Shown: in pieces, positions 1 through 8,518 of the stretch
Position numbering within the stretch: the first letter of the stretch is position 1
Layout: each line of letters starts with the position of its first letter
Assembly: GCA_965248695.1 (NCBI GenBank)
Contig: CBDFKD010000002.1
Location: forward strand, 3,008,001-3,072,000
Reading direction: 5' to 3'
DNA length: 64,000 nucleotides
DNA from: Acidobacteriota bacterium
Lineage (GTDB): Bacteria; Acidobacteriota; UBA890; WLXD01
Made by a program: the position numbers and the translations under genes
The notes under the pieces: model-generated
Seen by the model: only the letters and a program-made list of their open reading frames with translations
Told to the model about the DNA's origin: nothing
Database searches by the model: none

Positions 1-12
1 TCGAGCCCGGCC

Positions 13-51
13 GAATACCTTCGGATGTAGATATTCATTTGTAGAGTATTC
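13..51. promoter_or_regulatory. Putative PadR autoregulatory operator/promoter
   Basis: AT-rich patch upstream of padR with direct repeats TGTAGATATTC (26-36) and TGTAGAGTATTC (40-51), plus the inverted pair GAATAC (13-18)/GTATTC (46-51). The function is inferred. Confidence 0.3.
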
Positions 52-74
52 CACTCGTTCCCCGAGCGGACGCG

Positions 75-410
75 ATGCCCGGCAGGTTTCTCGCTGAATT
101 CGAGCTGTACGTAATGCTGGCGATCGCCCGGCTGAACGACGGCGCATACGGCGCCGCCATCCGCAGCGAAATCGAGGAGCGTACTGGCCGGCCAGTATCG
201 ATCGGGGCGCTGTACGCTACGCTCAGCCGGTTGGGCAGCAAGCGGCTGCTCGAGTTCGAGGAGACGGAGCAACCAGGGCAGCGCGGCCGGCCGCGCAAGT
301 ACTGCCGCATCACTGCAGAGGGTCAGCAATCGCTCGAGCACTCTACGGCGATGTTGAGACGGATGATGGATGGTGTCGCCGCCGACCGGACCGGCGGGAG
401 CTCCCGATGA
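75..410 (+). CDS. PadR-family transcriptional regulator (acidobacterial type)
   Basis: wHTH motifs YGAAIRSEIEERTGR, SIGALYATLSRL and GRPRKYCRIT; ATGA overlap with the downstream permease. Confidence 0.92.
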   Translation: MPGRFLAEFELYVMLAIARLNDGAYGAAIRSEIEERTGRPVSIGALYATLSRLGSKRLLEFEETEQPGQRGRPRKYCRITAEGQQSLEHSTAMLRRMMDGVAADRTGGSSR

Positions 411-3133
411 GCGAACCGGCTCCCCCCAAGCGTGCCCGGCGCCTGTTGGAGCTAGCGATCCACCCCGAGGATCGACGTTTCGCCCTGGCCGATCTGGAGG
501 AGGAGTTCGAGCGGCGGACCAAGCGGCGCGGCGTCGAGGCGGCGCGAAAGTGGTATCGAACCCAGGCTGCACGCTCATTGGCCCCGCTACTGGTTAGCCG
601 ATTCGTTCGCCTACGGCGGGGGCTGGCCGCCGAGCTGGTAACCAACCTCGGCGCCGCCGTGCGCTCGCTCGCCGCCTCGCCGATGATCGCGCTGGCGACC
701 ATTTTGTCGCTGGCGGTCGGCATCGCCGCTGCGACCTCGGTATTCACCGCCACCAACGCCTTCCTGCTCCGGCCGGCAAGCGCCAGCATCCTGGAACCGG
801 AACGGCTGGTATCGATCTACACAGCGAAGCAGGACGGTAGCTCGTACCGGCAGACTTCCTTTCCGGATTTCGAGGACATCCGGCTTCAGGTGAATGCGTT
901 CAGCGATTTGGCCGCGGTCCGTATGGCCGTGCTGCGAGTGTCCGAGGGATCTCGCCGGCGGAGTATCGCCGCCGAGATCGTCACCGGCAACTACTTCGAT
1001 CTGCTCGGGATCACGCCGAAGGTCGGCCGCTTCTTCCAGGCCGAAGAGAGCCAGATCGGCAGCGCCGAGCGACTCGTCGTGATCAGTCACCGCATGTGGC
1101 AGACGCGTTTCGGCGGCAGTGACGACGTCGTCGGAGCAACGCTCGACCTCGACGGGATTCCGTTTACGGTAGTCGGGATCGCACCGGCCGACCTCACCGG
1201 CCGCATCCCGGCGCTCAAGATCGACGCCTGGGTGCCGCTCGGCATCCCCGGGGGCATGTACCACTCCGACGAACGCGAGCTTGCCGACCGTAGCGATCGC
1301 GAGCACATGGTGATTGGACGACTGCGCCAGGGCATGAGCGTCGAGCAAGCCGGCGCGCAGCTGGAGCTTCTCAGCACTAGACTGCACGCGAGGTACCCGC
1401 AGGATTGGGAGGACGAAGGCGCCCGGCCGCTGTCACTGACCCTGCTAGCCGGTCGCAACTCGCACATCCCGCCAGATTTCCTCAAGGCGGCGGCAGGGTT
1501 CAGCGGCCTGGTCATGGCCGCGGCGGCGCTGATCCTACTGGTCGCGTGCTTCAACGTGGCGAGCTTGTTCCTCGCCCGTGCCGGTCGGCGCGCGCCCGAA
1601 ATGGCCATCTGGCTGGCGCTCGGTGCGAGCCGACGGCGGCTGGTGATGATGCTGCTGACCGAGAGCGTGACCCTGGCACTATTCGCTTGTGCGCTCGGGG
1701 TCTTCCTGTCAGCTCGCGCGATGGGGCTGATGGACTCGGTTTCGCTGCCAATCGGCGATCTGTCGATGGAGTTCGACTTCAGCATCGACTATCGGGTCCT
1801 CGGGTTTGCCCTGCTTGTGTCGATCGCCACCAGCGTCGTGTTCGGCCTGGCTCCGGCGCTAGAAGCCTCCAAGCCGAGCCTGCTGCCGTCGCTGAAAGGA
1901 GACACGCTTCAAGCGCGTCGACGTCATCGGCCACTGGGACTGCGCAACCTGCTCGTGGTTGGCCAAGTGGCGACGGCGTTGATCTTCGTTGTCGGCGCCG
2001 GAGTTACGCTCAGCAGCTTCGACGCGCTGATCGACGCAGACTGGGGAGTGCAGCCCGACCGCATCGCGTTGCTCTCCAAGAACCTCCGCAAGGACATCCC
2101 TCCGGACGCCTTCGTCTCACACTACCGAGATCTGCTGGCGCGTTTCCGAGCCCACCCGGAGGTCGAAGACGCTCAGCTGGCTAGGGTGGTCGAAGGGGGA
2201 ATCTTCGCGGCGGCCAACACCGTGGAGATCCGGGTGGCAGGTTACGAGCGCGCCAGCGACGAATCACTCACGGTGCCGTTCAATGCCGTTGCGCCCGGGT
2301 ACATGGAAATGGTCGCGATTCGTCTGATCAGGGGGCGTACAATCGGTGAGCTTGACGACGCTGGGTCGGTTCACGCCGCCGTCGTCACCGAGGCCTTCGT
2401 GCGGCGCTTCTGGGGCGAACGCGACGGCCTCGGAGAGCAATTCAGCGTCGTTGCAACTCATGAAATGGGCGACCCGCAACGCAGCCCGGTCACTACCCAC
2501 GAGATCGTCGGCGTTGCTGTTGACGCTCGCTATCAGGGCTTCGAGGGCGCCGACGACCTGTACATCTGGTCAGCGCTCTATCAACAGCCGTCTCGCCGGA
2601 CGATGCTCCTGCTGCAGGGCCGCAGCAGCGCCGAATCGATGGTCCGGCTGCTGGCCGAAGAGATCGACCCGAACGACGGGGAGTTCGCCCTGGTGTCGCC
2701 GCGGACCTACGCCGAGCTGATCAGTTTCCAGTTCGGGTTCCTGAACGCCACCGCCAAGGTCCTCGGCTGGGCCGGCGCGTTCGGTCTGGCGCTCGCCGCG
2801 ATCGGCATTTACGGCATGGTCAGCTTCGCGGTGACGCGCCGCAACAAGGAGCTCGCGGTACGCCAAGCGGTCGGAGCCCTCCCGGGTCAGGTCATGCAAG
2901 CCGTGCTCAGAGAAGGGCTGCAGCTGTCGGTTTGGGGTCTCGCCGTGGGCCTGGTCGTGATCGTTCCGCTGACGGCACTGCTGCGGGCGGACTTGGCAGG
3001 GATCAGCCCGGTCGACCCAGCCTCCACCGCCTTCGGCGCAGCCGTTCTCATGGCCGTCGCCCTGATCGCAAGCCTGATCCCGGCCCGACGAGTCACCCGC
3101 CTCGACCCGGTCGCCACGCTTCGCGAAGATTAG
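407..3133 (+). CDS. ADOP-type duplicated orphan ABC permease (MacB_PCD + FtsX, twice)
   Basis: N-terminal GDLEE-like segment, SLAVGIAAATSVF, LLVACFNVASLFLAR, GIYGMVSFAVTRR and C-terminal RLDPVATLRED; no ATPase gene nearby. Confidence 0.92.
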   Translation: MSEPAPPKRARRLLELAIHPEDRRFALADLEEEFERRTKRRGVEAARKWYRTQAARSLAPLLVSRFVRLRRGLAAELVTNLGAAVRSLAASPMIALATILSLAVGIAAATSVFTATNAFLLRPASASILEPERLVSIYTAKQDGSSYRQTSFPDFEDIRLQVNAFSDLAAVRMAVLRVSEGSRRRSIAAEIVTGNYFDLLGITPKVGRFFQAEESQIGSAERLVVISHRMWQTRFGGSDDVVGATLDLDGIPFTVVGIAPADLTGRIPALKIDAWVPLGIPGGMYHSDERELADRSDREHMVIGRLRQGMSVEQAGAQLELLSTRLHARYPQDWEDEGARPLSLTLLAGRNSHIPPDFLKAAAGFSGLVMAAAALILLVACFNVASLFLARAGRRAPEMAIWLALGASRRRLVMMLLTESVTLALFACALGVFLSARAMGLMDSVSLPIGDLSMEFDFSIDYRVLGFALLVSIATSVVFGLAPALEASKPSLLPSLKGDTLQARRRHRPLGLRNLLVVGQVATALIFVVGAGVTLSSFDALIDADWGVQPDRIALLSKNLRKDIPPDAFVSHYRDLLARFRAHPEVEDAQLARVVEGGIFAAANTVEIRVAGYERASDESLTVPFNAVAPGYMEMVAIRLIRGRTIGELDDAGSVHAAVVTEAFVRRFWGERDGLGEQFSVVATHEMGDPQRSPVTTHEIVGVAVDARYQGFEGADDLYIWSALYQQPSRRTMLLLQGRSSAESMVRLLAEEIDPNDGEFALVSPRTYAELISFQFGFLNATAKVLGWAGAFGLALAAIGIYGMVSFAVTRRNKELAVRQAVGALPGQVMQAVLREGLQLSVWGLAVGLVVIVPLTALLRADLAGISPVDPASTAFGAAVLMAVALIASLIPARRVTRLDPVATLRED

Positions 3134-3256
3134 TGGCCCAGCCCCCGTAAAGGCTGACGAGCGCAAGTACCGGCCCGAGTATTGACGCTCCGAAACCATG
3201 TGCGAACATGGCGCCCACCGATCTGGTCTTCCGAAACCAAATGCAGGTGAACGCTC

Positions 3257-3628
3257 ATGACAATGGACGCCGCGACCGAGTTCGCTGATCTCGCAGCTGC
3301 TGACCCGAACATCCAGGCTCAACTAGACGCGGTGTCCTCGACGGACGCCGGAGAGCGCGTCGACGCGCTCGTCGGCGTCGGCGCGCAGGCGGGCTACGAC
3401 TTCACTTCCGAGGACTACTACAACTCGGGCTCAATACGCGCCGCGGAGGTGAATGAGGCCTGGCCGGTCGAGACGGCGCAACAGGCGGCGCCGGTGGCGT
3501 CGCCGTTGCAGCCTTACGCGCAGTATGGCTCCCCGTACAGCGCCTTCCCGCCCATACCGCCACCGATGCCGACATATTTGCCGCCGCCGCCCTACATACC
3601 ACACAAGGAACCTGGCGAAGGGGCGTAG
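3257..3628 (+). CDS. Nif11-like leader peptide protein with Pro/Tyr-rich C-terminus (candidate RiPP precursor)
   Basis: AATEFADLAAADPNIQAQL...ALVGVGAQAGYDFTSED matches the Nif11 leader pattern (F...DxxLQxxL...AxxAGYxFTxED). Confidence 0.65.
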   Translation: MTMDAATEFADLAAADPNIQAQLDAVSSTDAGERVDALVGVGAQAGYDFTSEDYYNSGSIRAAEVNEAWPVETAQQAAPVASPLQPYAQYGSPYSAFPPIPPPMPTYLPPPPYIPHKEPGEGA

Positions 3629-3691
3629 ACGCCCTGCCGACACGCAATTCACCGCCCTCTACCGTGTGGCGACCTCCGGCGCGGTACCACC

Positions 3692-4864
3692 TTAACGATC
3701 GGGCAGGTTCAGCGGCCGGTAGTAAGGCTGGTCGCCGAGCTCCTCGAACTTCGCCACCCAGTTGGCACCCGCGTCGTCCGGGGTAAACGACCAGTCCTGG
3801 CGGTGATAGTTCCAACTGTTGGGATTCAAGGTCTGGGCCACCTCCCAGTAGGAATTCGCGAGCTCGGCGTCGCCGGCGAGATGGAAATGCGCCGCGAGTC
3901 GGAAATTGGCGTCGGCAAGGGCCTCGTCGGACGTTCGGGCGCGAATGTCGGGGGCAAGCTCGTCGGGGCCCAGCGCGTAGACGCTCGCGCTGCCGTTCTC
4001 GACCCAGTCGCGAACCGCCGGCAGGTAATCGTCGGTGCCGAACGAGAGATCTCCGAAGGCGTACTCGCGCGTGTAGGCGCCCTCGTCATGGCGCACGATA
4101 ACGCCCTGCTCGTCGATCAGCACCGCTGTCGGCACGTTGACCATGTTGTACAGGGCGCTGACCGTGTGGCGTGGGTCGATGAGGGCCGTGAACTTCGCGT
4201 CGGCAGCATCGTAGAACTCACCCGCCGCGGCCTCGCCACCGGTGTCCTGGGCGACAGCCACGATCTCGAGGTTCTGGTCCGCGAGCTCCTCGTAGAGAGC
4301 CTGCCAACCTGGCAGGTCGAGGCGGCAGCCTCACCACGAGGCCCACGTGAGCAGCAGCACTTTCTTGCCGCGAAAGTCCGAGAGACGTACAACGTCGCCG
4401 TTCCGATCCGGGAGCGCGAAATCGGGCGCCAGTGCGTGGTCAACGAGGTCCGCTTGCAGGATCGGGATCTCGCTGAAGCTCCAGGTGTGGTGAGCACGAT
4501 CCACGACATAGGCTTGGTGGAGCTTGCGCGCAAAGGCGGTGAGGCTGAACCACCGCTGCCCGTCGCGGGTGACAACGATATCGCTGTCGTCGGTCTGGTT
4601 GACGGGGATGCAGAGTGTGTCGAGACAAGCGCCCTCGGGCTTGAGCTCGAAGCCGTTGACCCGAGTCAGATCCGCTGGCGTCACCCAGAGATCGGACGGA
4701 TCCGCGAGCGTCTGCTCGACGGTCACCACGTGACCGGCGTGGAGGACGGTGGTCGGCACCTGCTCGGTGGTTGCGCATGCCGGGGTCATGGCTGTCGCTC
4801 CGACCAATAGAGTGGCCGGCATCAGGTGTGATCGCATCGTGCGCATCCCTTGCTGTCGGGTCAT
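3692..4864 (-). CDS. ResA/TlpA-like redoxin selenoprotein with WAxxUGC motif (Sec at 4331-4333)
   Basis: ORFs 4331-4864 and 3692-4261 are in the same frame. The junction reads LTWASW-TGA-GCRLDLPGWQALYEE, followed by a SECIS-like hairpin. The start may be 4837. Confidence 0.88.
4300..4333 (-). promoter_or_regulatory. Bacterial SECIS element
   Basis: mRNA: UGA GGCUGCCGCCUCGA CCUGCCA-GGU-UGGCAGG; perfect 7-bp stem, with the G/U apical loop 21 nt after the UGA. Confidence 0.8.
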
Positions 4865-4952
4865 CGTTTGTCGGCCTGCTGCACAGATTGCAGAGGTTAG
4901 TTAGGATTCCCTCCCCCGTCTACTCATCGTGATCCGGCCACCTGCCTTACCC

Positions 4953-6038
4953 ATGCCTCCTCCGGTTCGAATCGCACTATTCGGCAACTCGCACGCCGAG
5001 GGCATCCAGCTTCCGGCGCTGGCCCATATCGGGGGCAACGAGGTCGTCGGAATCGCCGGTCACAATGCCGACAAAGCAGCGTCGACGGCGGCGCGCTGGG
5101 GAATCGAGCGCTCGACATCGGATTGGCGCGAGCTTCTCGAGCTCGAACCGGACCTGGTGCTGGTCAGCACGCCGGTAGATCTGCACGCGGAGATGGTCCG
5201 CGGCGCTCTCGGCACGGGTGCCGCGGTGCTGTGTGAGAAGCCGTTCACCCTCGACGTACGGCAAGCCGAAGAGCTCACCGAGCTCGCCGCCGGCAGGCTT
5301 GCACTGATCAACTACCAGCTGCGCTGGAATCCTGTCCGCCGCCAGATCCGTTCGCTCTGCCAGGACGGCTCGGTAGGCCAGGTGCAGCATGTCCGGGCCG
5401 ACCTGATGCTGAGCACTACGGGCTTCGAGCATCGGCCGTACACCTGGTGGTCGCAGTCAGACCGGGGCGGAGGCGTGCTCGGAGCCACCGGAACCCACGT
5501 GGTCGACGGTATTCTGTCGATGTTCGGGCCGATTGAGTCTGTCAGCGCCCGGCTCGAGACCTTCGTCAAGCAACGAAAAGACGCCACCGGCGTCGAGCAC
5601 GAGGTCAGCTCAGACGATTATGCGGAGCTATGGTTGCGCCTCGACAGCGGCGTCCGGGTGAGCATTACCGTGAGCCTGGCTCTACCCGGAGCGGCCCGCT
5701 GGCTGCTGGAGATTTCGGGAACCGAAGGCGCTCTCAGGCTCGATCGCGAACAGCGCTTGAGCGGTGGGCCGAACGGGGCCGATCCTGCCCCGATCGACTG
5801 CGACACCAGCTGGATGCCACCGGAGCAATACGGCATCCAAGGTCGAGGTCCGTTCGCTGCCCTCGAGGTGCCATTCCTGGCGGACGTCGTGGCGGCCGTC
5901 GCCGACGGTCGGACCGAGCTCGAGGAGGCCGCGACGTTCGCTGACGGCCTCGCAAACGTACGCATCCTCGAGGCGGCGCGGCAGTCGGCCGGCAATGGCG
6001 GGGCGTGGGTGCGCGTGCGCAGGTGCGCCAAAGCGTAA
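4953..6038 (+). CDS. Gfo/Idh/MocA family oxidoreductase
   Basis: VLCEKPF motif, NYQLRWNP and GGGVLGATGTH; the start may be 4929. Confidence 0.9.
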   Translation: MPPPVRIALFGNSHAEGIQLPALAHIGGNEVVGIAGHNADKAASTAARWGIERSTSDWRELLELEPDLVLVSTPVDLHAEMVRGALGTGAAVLCEKPFTLDVRQAEELTELAAGRLALINYQLRWNPVRRQIRSLCQDGSVGQVQHVRADLMLSTTGFEHRPYTWWSQSDRGGGVLGATGTHVVDGILSMFGPIESVSARLETFVKQRKDATGVEHEVSSDDYAELWLRLDSGVRVSITVSLALPGAARWLLEISGTEGALRLDREQRLSGGPNGADPAPIDCDTSWMPPEQYGIQGRGPFAALEVPFLADVVAAVADGRTELEEAATFADGLANVRILEAARQSAGNGGAWVRVRRCAKA

Positions 6039-6083
6039 TTCACCGGCACGGCGATAAGCGATCGCGTTGGTGCCGGGCCACGC

Positions 6084-7019
6084 CTACGAGCTCGCCACCG
6101 GCTCCTGCGCCAAGGCCAGCGGTCGTGGTCGAGTCGCTGCGCTTTGGCGCACGATCTGCAACACGCGCTCGCGCTCCTCGCCGATCAACAGCATACGCGG
6201 CGCCCGCACCGTTTCCGTGCCGTAGCCCATCTCGGCGCAGGTGAGCTTGATGTACTGCACCAGCTTCGGATGACTGTCGAAGTGCAGCATCGGCATGTAC
6301 CAGCGGTAGATGTCCAGCGCACGCTGCCAGTCGCCCGCCATCGCCGCGTCCCAGAGCATGCGGTTCTCCTGCGGGAAGGCATCCACGAGGCCTGAGATCC
6401 AGCCAGTACAGCCAAGCAGGATGCTCTCGAGCGCGACATCATCGAGGCCGGAGAAGATCAGGTAGCGATCACCGAGCACGTTGAACAGGTCGGTGACTCG
6501 CCGCGGGTCACCGGAGGCCTCCTTGATGCAGACGATATTTTCGACATCGGCCAGCTCCTGGAACATCTCGGGCGTGATGTCGACCCGGTACACGGGCGGA
6601 TTATTGTAGCACATGATCGGCAAGCTCATTGAGGCTGCCACGGTGCGATAGTGGTTCACCGTCTCACGCGCGTCGGAGTTGTAAACCATGGCGGGCATGA
6701 GCATGAGCCCGTCCATGCCGGCCGCCTCGGCCGCCTGCGCAGTCGCGCACGCGCCCTGAGTGGTGAACTCGGCAACCCCGTTGAGGATCGGCACGCGGTC
6801 GCCGGCGACCTCCTTGGTCGCCGTCAGCACCTCGACCTTCTCGTCGAGCGACAGCGAGCAGTTCTCGCCGATGGTGCCCAGCATGATCAGCCCGTGGATG
6901 CCGTCGTCGAGCAGAGCTTCCACGTGTTCCTGGGTGGCCCGGAGGTTGAGCGAAAAATCGTCATGGAATTGCGTGGGAACGGCAGGGAACACCCCGTTCC
7001 AATCAACCTTGTGTGCCAT
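6084..7019 (-). CDS. DapA/dihydrodipicolinate synthase-family lyase, resembling 1-pyrroline-4-hydroxy-2-carboxylate deaminase
   Basis: LGTIGE, YNNP, IKEASGD (Schiff-base Lys), GLDD and GWISG motifs; the substrate is inferred. Confidence 0.85.
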   Translation of the reverse strand: MAHKVDWNGVFPAVPTQFHDDFSLNLRATQEHVEALLDDGIHGLIMLGTIGENCSLSLDEKVEVLTATKEVAGDRVPILNGVAEFTTQGACATAQAAEAAGMDGLMLMPAMVYNSDARETVNHYRTVAASMSLPIMCYNNPPVYRVDITPEMFQELADVENIVCIKEASGDPRRVTDLFNVLGDRYLIFSGLDDVALESILLGCTGWISGLVDAFPQENRMLWDAAMAGDWQRALDIYRWYMPMLHFDSHPKLVQYIKLTCAEMGYGTETVRAPRMLLIGEERERVLQIVRQSAATRPRPLALAQEPVASS

Positions 7020-7086
7020 AGGGTGTTTCTCCGGCGTAAACGGACTCCAGGCGTCGCTTGAACTCGGACCTAGGGTAGCGGAAGCG

Positions 7087-8205
7087 CTACGACTCAGCCT
7101 CCTCGGGAACCTCGACGATCAGCCGTAGCGTCGGATGAGTCTCGGGCGCGGTGATGGCGTTGAGGACCTCGAACTGCAGCTCGAAGCTCGACCGCTCCTC
7201 ACCGGTCACCTCGAGGGAAAGCTCGCCGTGCGCCGGCACGCGAAGTATCGATGGGTGCTTGGCGAAGCGATGGCCGTCGATGCTGCGCAGCTCGAATGCG
7301 GCATCCGATCGGTTGGCGAGCGTCAAACGGATGACGTCGTAGTTGTCTCGTCCGCTGACCTTCGCCACCGTCAACGAGGAGTGGATCAACGGCATCAACA
7401 TCTCCTCGCGGCCGATCAGGAAGTTGCCCATCCACGCCACGGTACGGTTCGACCGAAGCGCCTCCTGCACCGATTCGACGCTGCGCTCCTCGGCGAACAC
7501 CAGCGTCACGGTGCGATGGGCGCCATCGTGGATCGCGTATTCCCAGTCGATCAGACCATGGATATCGGAGACCCCGAGGATCGCCAGGTCGTTGTCCAGC
7601 GCGATCTGGAGCGTCTCGGCGGTATACCAGTACTCGTTGGCCACCTCGATGCCGTGGAGCATGCCGTCGGCGATGAGTTGCAAGTGCATATCGGCGATTC
7701 GTGCGACCCCGTACGAAGCCGTGTACGACGGATGGTTCCAGAAAACGAAGCCGCCCTGTTCGTTGGCTGCCCGGAACGCGTCCATGGGATCGTCGGCCAG
7801 CAGCGCGTTGGCGTCAGTGATGAACACGGCATTGACGTGGCCCAGGGGCAGGGCGCGCGTCACCTCGGCGCCGTTGACGACCATCAAATCGGAGCCCAGA
7901 GCCTCGTTGTGCTCGCTCGCAAGAACGAACGACCGGTTGCGGTCCGGATGCGGAATGTCCTCTGACTTGGGCTGATACTCCAGATGCTCGGTAACCGCGA
8001 CGAGGTCGAGCCCGTCGCGAATCGATTCCTGCACCCGGATTGGGGGCCACACCATGCCGTCCGAAAACACCGAGTGCGTATGCAGATCGATGACGAGCGT
8101 GTGGTATCCCGGCACGTTCGGGAACTCAATGGCACGCTCCTGAGCGAACGTCACGGCGCTGGTGAACAAAGCGGCCAGGGCGACAACAGTGCGCGCTCCG
8201 GTCAT
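7087..8205 (-). CDS. Secreted PHP-domain (Sb-PDE-like) phosphodiesterase
   Basis: Signal peptide; DLHTHSVFSDG, TEHLEYQP, FWNHP and SDIHG metal-binding motifs. Confidence 0.85.
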   Translation of the reverse strand: MTGARTVVALAALFTSAVTFAQERAIEFPNVPGYHTLVIDLHTHSVFSDGMVWPPIRVQESIRDGLDLVAVTEHLEYQPKSEDIPHPDRNRSFVLASEHNEALGSDLMVVNGAEVTRALPLGHVNAVFITDANALLADDPMDAFRAANEQGGFVFWNHPSYTASYGVARIADMHLQLIADGMLHGIEVANEYWYTAETLQIALDNDLAILGVSDIHGLIDWEYAIHDGAHRTVTLVFAEERSVESVQEALRSNRTVAWMGNFLIGREEMLMPLIHSSLTVAKVSGRDNYDVIRLTLANRSDAAFELRSIDGHRFAKHPSILRVPAHGELSLEVTGEERSSFELQFEVLNAITAPETHPTLRLIVEVPEEAES

Positions 8206-8246
8206 CGAGGTCTCCTCGTTGCACCGGCAGGGCCGGTGTCGGTGTA

Positions 8247-8518
8247 GTGGCCTGTAACAGATGATCGTTGCCTATCGCAGATGGGATTTGCGGGTGAGAT
8301 CAAGGCGCGGCGACGCTGTCGATGCTAGGGACACCGTCGAGGAGCCGCAACGCCGAGATCGCCCGCAACTGCCCATCTGTCCACAGGATGGCGGCGAACT
8401 GGGCCCGCCTGCGGCGTTGCTCCTCCTCGATAATGGGCAAACATTGTCTCGTCGGATCGCCTGGCATCCGAGCCCATTTCGCCACCACGATAGGCAACGA
8501 TCATCTGTTACAGGCCAC
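8247..8518. mobile_element. MITE copy 1 (272 bp, 31-bp perfect TIRs, flanking TA)
   Basis: Ends GTGGCCTGTAACAGATGATCGTTGCCTATCG and its reverse complement; TA at 8245-8246 and 8519-8520; a second, inverted copy lies at 21284-21555. Confidence 0.9.

Noticed and set aside
3134-3185. c-di-GMP-I riboswitch
   Set aside because: Only superficial similarity; the GGCAAAC...GACGCAAAG core is not present.
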